Part shown: in pieces, positions 38,731 through 48,471 of the stretch
How positions within the stretch are numbered: position 1 is the first letter of the stretch
Layout: every line of letters starts with the position of its first letter
Assembly (NCBI GenBank): GCA_037143195.1
Contig: JBAWZD010000003.1
Coordinates: 5,333-69,332, forward strand
Origin: a bacterium
GTDB taxonomy: Bacteria > Patescibacteriota > Minisyncoccia > Phycocordibacterales > UBA9973
Length of the DNA stretch: 64,000 bases
Direction of reading: 5' to 3'
Made by a program: the position numbers and the translations under genes
The notes under the pieces: model-generated
What the model saw: only the letters and a program-made list of their open reading frames with translations
What the model was told of the DNA's origin: nothing
Databases searched by the model: none

Positions 38731-40425
38731 ATGGAAACAAGAAATTGCCAGAATTGCCAAAAAGATTTTACGATCGAACCGGAGGATTTTGATTTCTATG
38801 AAAAGATTGCAGTTCCTGCCCCAACGTTTTGTCCTGATTGTCGGTTTCAGCGCAGGCTAGCATTTCGCAACGAACGCAATTTTTACAAGCGTGTCTGTGA
38901 TCTCTGCGGCACAAGCGTCGTTTCGCGAGTTTCGCCTGACAAAGCGTACCCGATGTATTGCTCAAAATGCTGGTGGAGTGACAAGTGGGACGCACATTCA
39001 TACGGGAAGGATTACGATTTTTCGAGGCCCTTTTTTGAGCAGTGGAGAGAACTCTTTTTTAGCGTCCCGCATATCTCCATCATGAATTCGAACTGTGTAA
39101 ACAGTGAATGGGTCAATCAAGAAAACGATAGCAAGAACTGTTACATGAACGTCGGCGGTCTCTATAATGAAGATTGCGCCTATTGCACATATGGAGTGCA
39201 AAGCAAGAATTGCGTCGATAATTATTGGATACTCAACTCAGATCATTGCGCGCATAATGTGCACTGTGAGCGATGCTACTTCACTCATTATTCTTATGAA
39301 GTCCATGACTCCCTCCATACGCTCTTTTCGTATGACTGCCGCAATTGTAATAATGTCATTGGTTGTGCTGGATTGCGCAATAAGCAATACTGCATCTTTA
39401 ACGAACAACATTCGAAAGAATCATATGAGGAATTTCTGAAAGAACATCCATTTTCATCGGCGAGCGGTGTCTCTTGGTGGAAAGAAAAGATCATTCCCAT
39501 TTGGAACAATTCTCCGCATCGCGAAAATACCATATTCAAATCACTCGATGTTACTGGTAATGCCGTCTCTGAATCAAAAAATTCTCACAACGCATGGGAA
39601 TCCATTAAACTTGAGAATACGAAGAACATCTACATCTCTGGGTGGATTCGGGAAGGATACGATTGCTCCTATTTTGGAGCGGCCGAACTTGTATATGAAT
39701 GTGCACATAGTGGAGGGGGATATAATTCCAAAGGGCTATTGCTGTGCCTGTCGAATGATCCGTTGAAAAAAATCACGATCAATACGGTTGAGTACTCAGC
39801 GATGGTATCGGCACTCAGTAATTGTTTTGGTTGTGTCGGAGTTCGTGGTGCTGAGTACGTAATTTTAAACAAAAAATATACCAAGGAAGAATATCTTGAG
39901 TTGCTGCCGAAAATAAAACTACATATGAAAGATATGCCGTACATCGATAAAAAGGGTAGAGTATACGGGTACGGAGAATTCTTTCCGGCAGAGTTCGCAT
40001 CGTTTGGGTACAACGAAACCACAGCCCCAGAAGTATTTCCGTTGACAAAGGAAGAAGCGCTTAAGGAAGGATTTTCATGGAATGAATATGTATCTGACAC
40101 GAAATACAAATTTTCTGATTATGAAATCCCTGACGATATTACAAATGTAGAGGATGATATTCTGCAAAAGATTTTGAAATGTGAGGTTACAGGCAAGGCC
40201 TACCGTATTATTCCTGCCGAACTTTCTTTTTATCGTCACACAGGATTGCCGATCCCAAGAACGGCTCCGGCGGAGCGTCATGACAAGCGTTTTCAGATGC
40301 TCTTGCCTTGCAAGCTCTTTGACCGAGTGTGTGACAGTTGTAAAAAAGAAATACGCACACCGTACACCACAGGCCGCCCCGAAATTGTCTACTGCGAAGT
40401 GTGTTATCAGAGAGAGGTATTATAG
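38731..40425 (+). CDS. Cysteine-rich multi-zinc-ribbon protein, uncharacterised family (paralog B)
   Basis: 564 aa, with the same architecture and motifs as 36888..38642 ('CQNC...FYEKIAVPAPTFCPDCRFQRRLAFRNER', 'CFGCVGVRGAEYVILNKKYTKEEY'). Shares an upstream 'ttgaatctgctatacttc' element. Confidence 0.65.
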   Translation: METRNCQNCQKDFTIEPEDFDFYEKIAVPAPTFCPDCRFQRRLAFRNERNFYKRVCDLCGTSVVSRVSPDKAYPMYCSKCWWSDKWDAHSYGKDYDFSRPFFEQWRELFFSVPHISIMNSNCVNSEWVNQENDSKNCYMNVGGLYNEDCAYCTYGVQSKNCVDNYWILNSDHCAHNVHCERCYFTHYSYEVHDSLHTLFSYDCRNCNNVIGCAGLRNKQYCIFNEQHSKESYEEFLKEHPFSSASGVSWWKEKIIPIWNNSPHRENTIFKSLDVTGNAVSESKNSHNAWESIKLENTKNIYISGWIREGYDCSYFGAAELVYECAHSGGGYNSKGLLLCLSNDPLKKITINTVEYSAMVSALSNCFGCVGVRGAEYVILNKKYTKEEYLELLPKIKLHMKDMPYIDKKGRVYGYGEFFPAEFASFGYNETTAPEVFPLTKEEALKEGFSWNEYVSDTKYKFSDYEIPDDITNVEDDILQKILKCEVTGKAYRIIPAELSFYRHTGLPIPRTAPAERHDKRFQMLLPCKLFDRVCDSCKKEIRTPYTTGRPEIVYCEVCYQREVL

Positions 40426-40491
40426 AGATATAACCATTCTGATGGGTGTCTCTGATTCGTCGTCATTATAAATTCTAATATTCTCGAATAT

Positions 40492-40848
40492 ATGAATGAA
40501 CTAACCACTGAAGAAAAAAGGGTCATCATCGACAAAGGAACAGAGGCACCGTTTGTCGGAGAGTATGTGAACACCAAGGAGACTGGGGTGTATGCGTGTC
40601 GACAATGCGGCGCACCGCTCTATGATTCAAAAGACAAATTTGAATCGACGTGTGGCTGGCCGAGTTTTGACGACGAGATTCCGGGTGCTGTGCACAAGAG
40701 TCTCGACGCTGATGGAATGCGCACCGAGATCACGTGCGCGAAGTGTGGGGGACATCTCGGTCACGTATTTAAGGGTGAGCACTTCACCGATAAAGATATT
40801 CGTCACTGCGTGAATTCAATTTCACTCAGATTTATTCCAGGAAAATAA
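40492..40848 (+). CDS. msrB: Peptide-methionine (R)-S-oxide reductase MsrB
   Basis: 'CGWPSF' and 'HLGHVF' motifs. Two CxxC pairs (zinc site). Confidence 0.85.
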   Translation: MNELTTEEKRVIIDKGTEAPFVGEYVNTKETGVYACRQCGAPLYDSKDKFESTCGWPSFDDEIPGAVHKSLDADGMRTEITCAKCGGHLGHVFKGEHFTDKDIRHCVNSISLRFIPGK

Positions 40849-40851
40849 TCT

Positions 40852-41340
40852 ATGATCAAAACAGCGGTATTTGCCGGAGGATGTTTTTGGGGCTTACAAG
40901 ATTTGATCCGAACACAAGCAGGTGTTGTTTCGACACGTGTAGGGTATACCGGCGGGAGCGTTCCAAATCCGACATACGAACGCCATACGGGACATGCAGA
41001 AGCAGTCGAGATTACTTACGACACTGACAAGACATCGTACAAAAATCTTCTCGATTTCTTTTTTCAAATTCACAATCCAACGACACTCAATCAGCAGGGG
41101 AACGATCGCGGTACTTCGTACCGCTCCGCTATTTTCTATGCGACACCCGAAGAGAAAAAGGAAGCTGAGGATTTCATCAGCATTGTGAACGATTCAAAAC
41201 GCTGGCCTGATCCTGTCGTCACCACACTTGAACCGCTCACCGAATTCTATCTCGCCGAGGACTATCACCAAGATTACCTACAAAAGCATCCGGGTGGCTA
41301 TACCTGTCACGCGATTTGGTTTGATAGTTACCTTACATAA
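40852..41340 (+). CDS. msrA: Peptide-methionine (S)-S-oxide reductase MsrA
   Basis: '[12 protein letters not shown]' active-site motif. 162 aa. Confidence 0.85.
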   Translation: MIKTAVFAGGCFWGLQDLIRTQAGVVSTRVGYTGGSVPNPTYERHTGHAEAVEITYDTDKTSYKNLLDFFFQIHNPTTLNQQGNDRGTSYRSAIFYATPEEKKEAEDFISIVNDSKRWPDPVVTTLEPLTEFYLAEDYHQDYLQKHPGGYTCHAIWFDSYLT

Positions 41341-41397
41341 TCGGGCGGAGGGGGTAGGGGCTTTACACGAATCACAATTCGCAGTATCGTTATAATC

Positions 41398-43125
41398 ATG
41401 AAAGCATATAAACGATTGCGCGCGTGTGTTCCGGTACTCCTTATCATTTTCGTATTCGGCGTTACTCCATCACTCGTCTCGGCTGATGTTGTTATTACCA
41501 ATTATCCAGCTCCGTCAGGTAATCCTCAATACCACCAGCTTGCGTCCGATGGGACCAATATTTGGATTACACAGAATGGTCTCGGAGTTACCGAAGTGAG
41601 TCCGAGAGGCACAGTCCTTCGTACACTCACAGCGCCAGATTGGACTCCTTTTCGTATTGCATTCGATGGCACTAACATGTGGACCGCTGATGCTGGCGAT
41701 ACTGGAGGAATGGGCATTGTCTCTAAGATTAGTCCAACGGGAGTCATTACCAATTATACTGGTACAGGTGCTACCCCAATGGGTATCGCATTCGATGGCA
41801 CCAACATGTGGACTACAAATTCAGATGACAATAGTGTAACTAAAATTACTCCAAGTGGAACGATGACCACGTACTCAGGCACTGGTCCTCGACCGCTCAC
41901 GCTCGCATTCGATGGCACCAACATGTGGACATTAAACATTGGTGATGGCAGCGTTACCAAGGTTACTCCAAGTGGAACGATGACAACTTTTTCTGGGTTG
42001 CCAGTAGATCCGAGTGGGTCTGTGCCAGTCGACATTGCATTCGACGGTACGAATATGTGGACAGCAAACCAAACTGGAACAGTCACCAAGATTAGTCCAA
42101 CTGGCACGATGACTACCTATAGCGGTGCTGGAATAACACCAGACGGTATCGCATTCGACGGTACGAATATGTGGGTAACAAATCCAGGAGACGGAAGTGT
42201 CACGAGAGTGAGCCCTAGTGGTGTCATGACAAATTATACTGGAGTCGGTAACACAAGTACGGATCAGGGGAGCCCTGTTGGAATTACTTTTGACGGTAGA
42301 TATCTCTGGGCCGTCAGTGCAATGGCTTTGACAAAAATTGATCCGTCTGGAACTGCAACGACTACTACGACGAGTACAACTACCGGTACAACAACAAATA
42401 CGACCACCACTACCGCAACCACCGCCACTACTATTCCTCCAACAGTGGCAACAGACGCACTTTCAGCGGGAGATTTTACTGCAACAACTGCGAAGCTGAA
42501 GGGTCATGTCGTAAGTATGGGAAGTAGTTCGAGTATCAGTACATCATTGACGTACTGGTCAAATGCGACTTCTCCAATAACAGTGCCAGCAGGATCGTTT
42601 AGCGGAACAAATACATTTTCTGTGTCGGTTTCAGGTCTTACTTGCAACACGACCTATTCTGTCTATGCCACAGGAATTACGTCGGCAGGAACGGCAAATG
42701 GATCGGTGGTTGGGTTCACGACGAGTCCATGTGTAGCCGTAGCAACGACAAGTACGACAACAGGAACAACCACGACACCACCAAGTACACCAACTACACC
42801 AACTACACCAACAACGAATTCGACAACTCCACAAACAGCAACTACGAACACGACGGTTTCAAGTGGGGCGATTACCGCTCCAACTGTTGATCAGTTGAGT
42901 ACACTTCCTTCCCTCAGTGTTGGAAAAACTGGCGACGCAGTGCTCACACTTCAGTCGTATCTCTATGCCAACAAGCTTTTGACTGTTGCTCCAACGGGAT
43001 ACTACGGAATGATGACAAAGGCCGCAGTTGCAGAATTCCAGAAGCAAAATGGAGTTGACGCTATTGGTGTCTTTGGACCAAAGACACGAACGGCGCTGGT
43101 GCATTCACTGCAAGTTACTCAGTAG
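41398..43125 (+). CDS. Secreted cell-surface protein with a beta-propeller-like repeat array, Thr-rich linkers, an Fn3-like module and a C-terminal peptidoglycan-binding domain
   Basis: Signal peptide. Seven tandem roughly 40-aa repeats ('GSVTKVTPSGTMTTYSGTG...IAFDGTNMWT'). Thr-rich tracts. C-terminal PG_binding_1-like 'LQSYLYANKLL...GYYGMMTKAAVAEFQKQNGVDAIGVFGPKTRTAL'. Confidence 0.65.
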   Translation: MKAYKRLRACVPVLLIIFVFGVTPSLVSADVVITNYPAPSGNPQYHQLASDGTNIWITQNGLGVTEVSPRGTVLRTLTAPDWTPFRIAFDGTNMWTADAGDTGGMGIVSKISPTGVITNYTGTGATPMGIAFDGTNMWTTNSDDNSVTKITPSGTMTTYSGTGPRPLTLAFDGTNMWTLNIGDGSVTKVTPSGTMTTFSGLPVDPSGSVPVDIAFDGTNMWTANQTGTVTKISPTGTMTTYSGAGITPDGIAFDGTNMWVTNPGDGSVTRVSPSGVMTNYTGVGNTSTDQGSPVGITFDGRYLWAVSAMALTKIDPSGTATTTTTSTTTGTTTNTTTTTATTATTIPPTVATDALSAGDFTATTAKLKGHVVSMGSSSSISTSLTYWSNATSPITVPAGSFSGTNTFSVSVSGLTCNTTYSVYATGITSAGTANGSVVGFTTSPCVAVATTSTTTGTTTTPPSTPTTPTTPTTNSTTPQTATTNTTVSSGAITAPTVDQLSTLPSLSVGKTGDAVLTLQSYLYANKLLTVAPTGYYGMMTKAAVAEFQKQNGVDAIGVFGPKTRTALVHSLQVTQ

Positions 43126-43152
43126 GTCGTACTCACAGATTGTAAGCACACA

Positions 43153-43186
43153 AAGCCCGCCAGAGATATCTCCGGTGGGCTTTGTT
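43153..43186 (+). terminator. Rho-independent terminator
   Basis: Stem AAGCCCGCCAGAGA/TCTCCGGTGGGCTT followed by TTTGTT. Confidence 0.5.
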
Positions 43187-43253
43187 GACAGGGGAGAGAC
43201 AATCCGGTATATTGTTAGGGTAACTAATAGTTAGGTAAACTAACAATATTGCC

Positions 43254-43673
43254 ATGTCATTACCAAATCAATCATTCCTTGAGGATCTCATTCTTACGTT
43301 CCGTAGGAAGATCCTCGAGAGCATGCGGGCTGAATCACTGAAACACGACCTGTCATTCTCTCAGACTGAAATCTTGCGATTTATCGGTCTGAACGAGAAG
43401 AAGACGATGAAGAGTATTGCCGAACATTTAAAGATCACCCCACCGTCCGCGAGCGTACTCGTCGCTCATATGGAGAAACGAGGACTCGTTCGCAGAACGA
43501 GTGACCCCGTTGACCGAAGAGTCGTCTGGATCACTCTCGTACCGAAGACCAAGAAATTAATCGACAGCGCGTGCAAGAAGAAACAGCTCATTTTTAAAGG
43601 CATGCTTTCCAAATTGACGGAGAAAGACCAGAAAGAACTTGAGCGAATTATCAGTATCCTTATTAAAGAATAA
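43254..43673 (+). CDS. MarR-family transcriptional regulator
   Basis: Winged HTH 'LSFSQTEILRFIGLNEKKTMKSIAEHLKITPPSASVLVAHMEKRGLVRR'. First gene of the efflux operon. Confidence 0.7.
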   Translation: MSLPNQSFLEDLILTFRRKILESMRAESLKHDLSFSQTEILRFIGLNEKKTMKSIAEHLKITPPSASVLVAHMEKRGLVRRTSDPVDRRVVWITLVPKTKKLIDSACKKKQLIFKGMLSKLTEKDQKELERIISILIKE

Positions 43674-43686
43674 CCGAATCAGTAGT

Positions 43687-44943
43687 ATGAATACATCACT
43701 TATCCATCAACCAAAAAAAGTTATCGCCATTTCACTCGTCATTGCACTTGTGATTGGTATTTTTGCATACGTTCGAATCAATCGTGCTCCCGCATACACA
43801 TTCGTCACTGCAACGAGTGGCAAAATCAGTGGAACAGAAGGGGGGACAGCTCGACAGACCAATTTTGGTCTCGGGTTTCTCTCGGGTGGCCGAATCCAAA
43901 CGGTCGCGGTAAAGACTGGTGACACGGTGACGGCAGGACAAGTTCTCGCGACACTTGATGCGGGGAATGCTGTCGGTGTTCTTGCACAAGCCAAAGCTGC
44001 ACTCGCGAGTGCACAGGCGAATTACGAAAAAGTAATCAATGGTGCAACAAGCCCTGCGATTGATGTTGCGAAGGCAGCCGTGAATACTGCGCAAGTGAAT
44101 TTTGATCAGACCTCAAAACAGCAAGACATTCTCGTTTCAAACGCATACAAAAATCTTCTGAACTCAACAGTCGAAGCTGTTCCTGAAACAAACGGGAACA
44201 CTGATTCGAATATTCCAACTATTTCTGGAAGTTACACGCTTGGCAAGGAGGGGATCATAACAATCGATACGTATTTTACTGGGGACGGAGGGTATTTTAA
44301 TGCTTCAGGAGTCGTGAATGCATCCGGAATTGTTTCGAGAACCGTGGCGGAGCCGATCGGTGATTCAGGATTGTTTGTGAAGTTCCCATCGAGTCTTGGC
44401 TCAACGACGAGTTGGACTATTTCGCTCCCGAATACAAAGGCAGTAAATTATCTTTCAAATTTTAACGCATACCAAAACGCACTGCAGTCGAAGAGTCAAA
44501 TGGTTGCGAGTGCTCAAGCGACACTCGATCAGGCCAAAGCTTCACTCGCAGCTCTTGTGGCTACTGCACGGCCAGAGGACGTTGCTGCTGCGAAAGCACA
44601 AGTTGATACAGCTCAAGGCGCGGTGACTATTGCGCACGCTGCATACGGAAATACAATTATCACTGCTCCAAGTACGGGAACTGTCACTTCTGTCGCAATT
44701 ACGGTTGGACAAATTGCGACACCGAATATCCCCGTCATTCAAATGGTTGGGACAAGTATTACAAAAGATGTCGCAGTCATGATTCCAAACACAGCGCTCT
44801 ATACTCGAGACGGTGTGTCATATGTGCACAAAAAATCGGGAAGTGGAGTCGTTGAAGTGCCTGTTGGTACTGGTGTTACCGACGGCACACATACGGAAAT
44901 CACGAGCGGATTAACAGTGAGTGATGCAGTCGTTATTCAATAA
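43687..44943 (+). CDS. HlyD/EmrA-family periplasmic adaptor (membrane fusion protein)
   Basis: N-terminal TM helix, biotinyl-lipoyl-like hairpin ('AVKTGDTVTAGQVLATLD') and a long coiled-coil. Confidence 0.6.
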   Translation: MNTSLIHQPKKVIAISLVIALVIGIFAYVRINRAPAYTFVTATSGKISGTEGGTARQTNFGLGFLSGGRIQTVAVKTGDTVTAGQVLATLDAGNAVGVLAQAKAALASAQANYEKVINGATSPAIDVAKAAVNTAQVNFDQTSKQQDILVSNAYKNLLNSTVEAVPETNGNTDSNIPTISGSYTLGKEGIITIDTYFTGDGGYFNASGVVNASGIVSRTVAEPIGDSGLFVKFPSSLGSTTSWTISLPNTKAVNYLSNFNAYQNALQSKSQMVASAQATLDQAKASLAALVATARPEDVAAAKAQVDTAQGAVTIAHAAYGNTIITAPSTGTVTSVAITVGQIATPNIPVIQMVGTSITKDVAVMIPNTALYTRDGVSYVHKKSGSGVVEVPVGTGVTDGTHTEITSGLTVSDAVVIQ

Positions 44944-44954
44944 AAAATACTTTT

Positions 44955-45596
44955 ATGCAAGAACAAGAAACAAAAAAAGAATCAATTTTGAAGAAGCCAT
45001 GGTTTCAGAGCGTGACGGCACTGGTCGTTATTTTTGGAACGTTGCTTACATTCATCCTCTGGCAGAGTGGTCGCAATACTGTATTGATTGAAAATTCGAC
45101 GCTTCAAGCGCCGGTGATTTCACTTTCACCAATGACTCCCGGAGTGTTGAATGCGCTCTACGTCAAAGAGGGTGATCATGTGACAGCCAACACACAGATT
45201 GCACTCGTTGGTTCTCAAGTAATCACGGCACAAGAAGATGGAGTTATTTTTTCAGCACCAAACGTCATCGGCACATACTTCGCACCCGGACAGCCCGTTG
45301 TTACTCTCGTAAAGACAGGGGAGATGAAAGTGGTTGGAACAGTTGATGAGACAAAAGGCTTGAAAGATATTGCTGAAGGTCAGCTTGCGACATTTACAGT
45401 TGATGCATTCCCTGGCAAAAAATTTACTGGCGTCGTTGATTCCGTGAGCGCGGCAGCAGACAATACCGGTGTTGTGTTTTCAATTTCAGACAAGCGCCCG
45501 ATTCAGAAATTTGATGTGAAGGTGCGTTTTGATACAACAGCATATCCGGAACTCAAGAGTGGTATGTCTGCAAAGATCACGGTCAGCACAAAATAA
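44955..45596 (+). CDS. HlyD-like adaptor, second (short) subunit
   Basis: TM helix, 'YVKEGDHVTANTQIALV' lipoyl-like motif and a beta-barrel C-terminal domain. Confidence 0.55.
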   Translation: MQEQETKKESILKKPWFQSVTALVVIFGTLLTFILWQSGRNTVLIENSTLQAPVISLSPMTPGVLNALYVKEGDHVTANTQIALVGSQVITAQEDGVIFSAPNVIGTYFAPGQPVVTLVKTGEMKVVGTVDETKGLKDIAEGQLATFTVDAFPGKKFTGVVDSVSAAADNTGVVFSISDKRPIQKFDVKVRFDTTAYPELKSGMSAKITVSTK

Positions 45597-45599
45597 TTC

Positions 45600-47081
45600 A
45601 TGGACAAAAAAGGATCAAAACTACGCTGGTGGATTCTCATCACCGTTATTGTCGGTACATTTTTAGGTCGTCTTGATCAGACGATTGTGAATCTTGCGCT
45701 TCCTAAAATCATTAATGATTTTAGTATTAGCGTTAGTGCCGCTGGATGGATTGCGACTGCGTATATTTTGGCAAACGCGGTCTTCGTTCCGATCTGGGGC
45801 AAGCTCGGCGATACGATCGGTCGCAAGAAAGTGTACATGATCGGATTTGGTCTCTTCATCTTCGGATCGGTGCTCGCAGGACTCGCATGGAATCTCCCAT
45901 CTATGATTGTGTTTCGTGTGATTCAAGCGATTGCTGGTTCGGCCGACTATCCGACTGCGATGGCGATTATTGCTGTGACATTCCGTGAAGGCAAGGAGCG
46001 TGCGCAAGCACTCGGTATTTGGTCGTCATCGTTTGCGGCAGCTTCCGTATTTGGTCCACTCCTCGGTGGTCCGCTTATCGACAATTTCGGCTGGCGTTCA
46101 GTATTCCTGATCAATCTTCCAATCGGTATTCTTGGTATGCTCATGGCAATGCGATTTATCAATGAGTCGCGCGAAGAAAAGAAGACACACTATTTCGATT
46201 GGTGGGGTGCTTCTGTTCTCGGCGGTATGTTGTCATCACTCGTTCTCGTGCTCGACAAAGGAATGGACTGGGGCTGGATGTCGACGTCGAGTCTCATCTG
46301 TTATTTCCTCGTTGTCGTTCTCACGGGAATTTTTATTCGTATCGAAAATCGAGTACCTGAGCCAATCGTTGATTTGAAATTTTTCAAAATCCCCGCGTTC
46401 GTCAATACACTCTTAAACAATTTCGTCGTCTTCATGGGAATGATGGGGGCGCTTTTCCTGATTCCAATTTTTGCCCAAACATTTCTTGGGTACGATGCGA
46501 CAGAGACTGGGTACCTCTTTATGCCGATGGCAGCTGCACTCATGCTCGGCGCCCCGATCGGGGGAGCGTTAACTGGTCGCGTTCAATCACGCTATGTCAT
46601 CTTCGCGAGTACACTCGTCGCGGCGATTGGCGTATTTCTTTTTTCGCATCTCGATCCTCGCTCAGGTCCGCTCGATATCATTATTCCGCTTTCAATCATG
46701 GCCTTCGGTCTTGGTTTTGGAATGGCCCAGCGTACGAATGTGATTGCCTCGGTCGTTGATCAGCATGAGATTGGTATTGCTTCATCGGTGCTTGCGCTCA
46801 CACGTAACGTCGCTGGAGCATTCGGAATCGCGATATTTGGATCACTGCTCACGAATCGTGTCGAAGAGAATGTACTCAGTATTAATGGATTTAGTCATCT
46901 TTACAGTCACAAGCTTGCGGACATAAAGACATATATCGCACTGATTGAACTCAAGGCACAGGTCAACGCATATGACTACGTATTTCTAGTTGCTGCCACG
47001 CTCATATTCATCGGTTCGTTTGCAGTTTTGTTCCTAAAAATCAAAAATGAAAAAATCGGGGTCACCGTGCACGTGGAATAA
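45600..47081 (+). CDS. MFS transporter of the DHA2 (EmrB/QacA) 14-TMS drug-efflux family
   Basis: MFS motif A 'GKLGDTIGRKKV'. About 14 predicted TM helices. Follows MarR and the HlyD-family genes. Confidence 0.8.
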   Translation: MDKKGSKLRWWILITVIVGTFLGRLDQTIVNLALPKIINDFSISVSAAGWIATAYILANAVFVPIWGKLGDTIGRKKVYMIGFGLFIFGSVLAGLAWNLPSMIVFRVIQAIAGSADYPTAMAIIAVTFREGKERAQALGIWSSSFAAASVFGPLLGGPLIDNFGWRSVFLINLPIGILGMLMAMRFINESREEKKTHYFDWWGASVLGGMLSSLVLVLDKGMDWGWMSTSSLICYFLVVVLTGIFIRIENRVPEPIVDLKFFKIPAFVNTLLNNFVVFMGMMGALFLIPIFAQTFLGYDATETGYLFMPMAAALMLGAPIGGALTGRVQSRYVIFASTLVAAIGVFLFSHLDPRSGPLDIIIPLSIMAFGLGFGMAQRTNVIASVVDQHEIGIASSVLALTRNVAGAFGIAIFGSLLTNRVEENVLSINGFSHLYSHKLADIKTYIALIELKAQVNAYDYVFLVAATLIFIGSFAVLFLKIKNEKIGVTVHVE

Positions 47082-47096
47082 GGGGAGTGTATACTA

Positions 47097-47537
47097 GTGC
47101 ATATGAGAAAAGAAGTACTTGATTATATTGAGACACAGCGCGTTGGGGTACTTGCCGTTGAGATGATGGATGGCTCGCCACACGCATCGACGGTGCATGT
47201 GGCAAAGAATAGCAATGCATCTGTATTCTATATCGAAACATTTCGCTCGTATCGCAAAGCCGAAGCGCTCTTTGGGCGTAGAACATCACGCGCTTCGATG
47301 GTCATTGGTTTTGACGAGCTCGACATGAAGACTCTCCAGATTGACGGGGAAGTTCGATTACTCGAAACAGAACTTGAAAAAATTGAGTTTGAGAAATACT
47401 ATTTCACAAAGTTTCCAAACAAGAAAACAAGCACTCCGAATCCAGACTTCGTTCCCTTTGTCTTCATCCCTTTGTGGTGGCGATATACTGATTGGACCGA
47501 TCCAAGTGGAAAGATCGTCTACAATACTGTTTCCTAG
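47097..47537 (+). CDS. Pyridoxamine-5'-phosphate-oxidase-like FMN-binding split-barrel protein
   Basis: 'VGVLAVEMMDGSPHASTVHV' PNPOx-like pattern. Confidence 0.5.
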   Translation: MHMRKEVLDYIETQRVGVLAVEMMDGSPHASTVHVAKNSNASVFYIETFRSYRKAEALFGRRTSRASMVIGFDELDMKTLQIDGEVRLLETELEKIEFEKYYFTKFPNKKTSTPNPDFVPFVFIPLWWRYTDWTDPSGKIVYNTVS

Positions 47538-47576
47538 GTGGTTTCCAGAGCTCTATTTTTTACGTATACTGGACCT

Positions 47577-47909
47577 ATGTCAAAACTAAAAGAGGCACAG
47601 TGTGTGAGTTGTGAAGGGGGAGTAGCGCCTCTCGCGAAATCGGCGGTTACCCGTCTCATGACCGAGCTCACGGGGTGGATGCTGTCCAAGGATGGTCTCT
47701 CGATAGAAAAAGATTTGGAATTTAAGAATTTCGACAAGGCGATGGACTTCGTAAACCTTGTGGCCGACCTCGCAGAATTCGAAGGACACCATCCTGATAT
47801 TGATATTCGATACAACAAGGTCAAACTTGTTCTCTCGACGCATGCGATTGGAGGGCTCTCTCAAAATGATTTTATTCTCGCATCCAAGATTGATGCAATT
47901 GCACTCTAA
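47577..47909 (+). CDS. Pterin-4a-carbinolamine dehydratase (PCD/DCoH)
   Basis: 'EFEGHHPDIDIRYNKVKLVLSTHAIGGLS' is the PCD signature including the EGHHPD motif. Confidence 0.75.
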   Translation: MSKLKEAQCVSCEGGVAPLAKSAVTRLMTELTGWMLSKDGLSIEKDLEFKNFDKAMDFVNLVADLAEFEGHHPDIDIRYNKVKLVLSTHAIGGLSQNDFILASKIDAIAL

Positions 47910-47915
47910 CTATTT

Positions 47916-48344
47916 ATGTCTTCATCACTTGTACTCAATCTTGTGCTCATGCTCGCCGGTCTCGCTGGATTCACACTCGCGTTCTATATCTACCATTGCA
48001 AACACAAGAAACAGCCACTCGTCTGTCCGATTCATGGAAGTTGCGATGTCGTGACGGGGAGTGACTATGCGAAATTCCTTGGAATTCCGGTTGAGTTGCT
48101 CGGTATGTGCTATTACACCGTCGTCGTGCTTTTTCATGGGGCGGTGATTGCAAGTGCGGGAATATATACAGCTACGATCGGGGGAGTAGCTCTCGGGTTA
48201 TCAGGCTTTGCGTTTCTTTTCTCACTCTATCTCATCTGGATTCAAGCTTTCGTCTTGAAACATTGGTGCACATGGTGTCTCTGCTCCGCGTTCCTCTGTG
48301 CGCTCATTTTTGTGCTCACGCTTGGCGCAGGCTCGCTTTTTTAG
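47916..48344 (+). CDS. Vitamin K epoxide reductase (VKOR) family membrane protein
   Basis: Four TM helices. Active-site 'CTWC' and loop cysteines 'CPIHGSC'. Confidence 0.65.
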   Translation: MSSSLVLNLVLMLAGLAGFTLAFYIYHCKHKKQPLVCPIHGSCDVVTGSDYAKFLGIPVELLGMCYYTVVVLFHGAVIASAGIYTATIGGVALGLSGFAFLFSLYLIWIQAFVLKHWCTWCLCSAFLCALIFVLTLGAGSLF

Positions 48345-48398
48345 GCGTTTTTTGCTATAAAGTATGGGCTTTTCGCTCATGCGGCAAGTCCACAATAT

Positions 48399-48471
48399 GG
48401 TGCCTATGGTGTAACGGTTAACACAGAGGTTTGTGGAACCTTTAATTCGAGTTCGATTCTCGATAGGCACC
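48399..48471 (+). tRNA. tRNA-His (anticodon GTG)
   Basis: G-1 plus acceptor GTGCCTA/TAGGCAC, D-arm GTGT-AACGGTTA-ACAC, anticodon loop TTGTGGA, T-arm TCGAG-TTCGATT-CTCGA, discriminator C. Confidence 0.75.

Noticed and set aside
42631-42890. Cys/Trp-rich short ORFs inside the Thr-rich linker of the surface protein gene
   Set aside because: They are alternative-frame translations of the low-complexity ACN/ACC repeat DNA.
41398-43125. Treating the seven 'FDGTNMWT' units as a non-coding tandem repeat
   Set aside because: The repeats are in frame within a single signal-peptide-bearing ORF. They are a protein beta-propeller-like repeat array, not a DNA repeat element.
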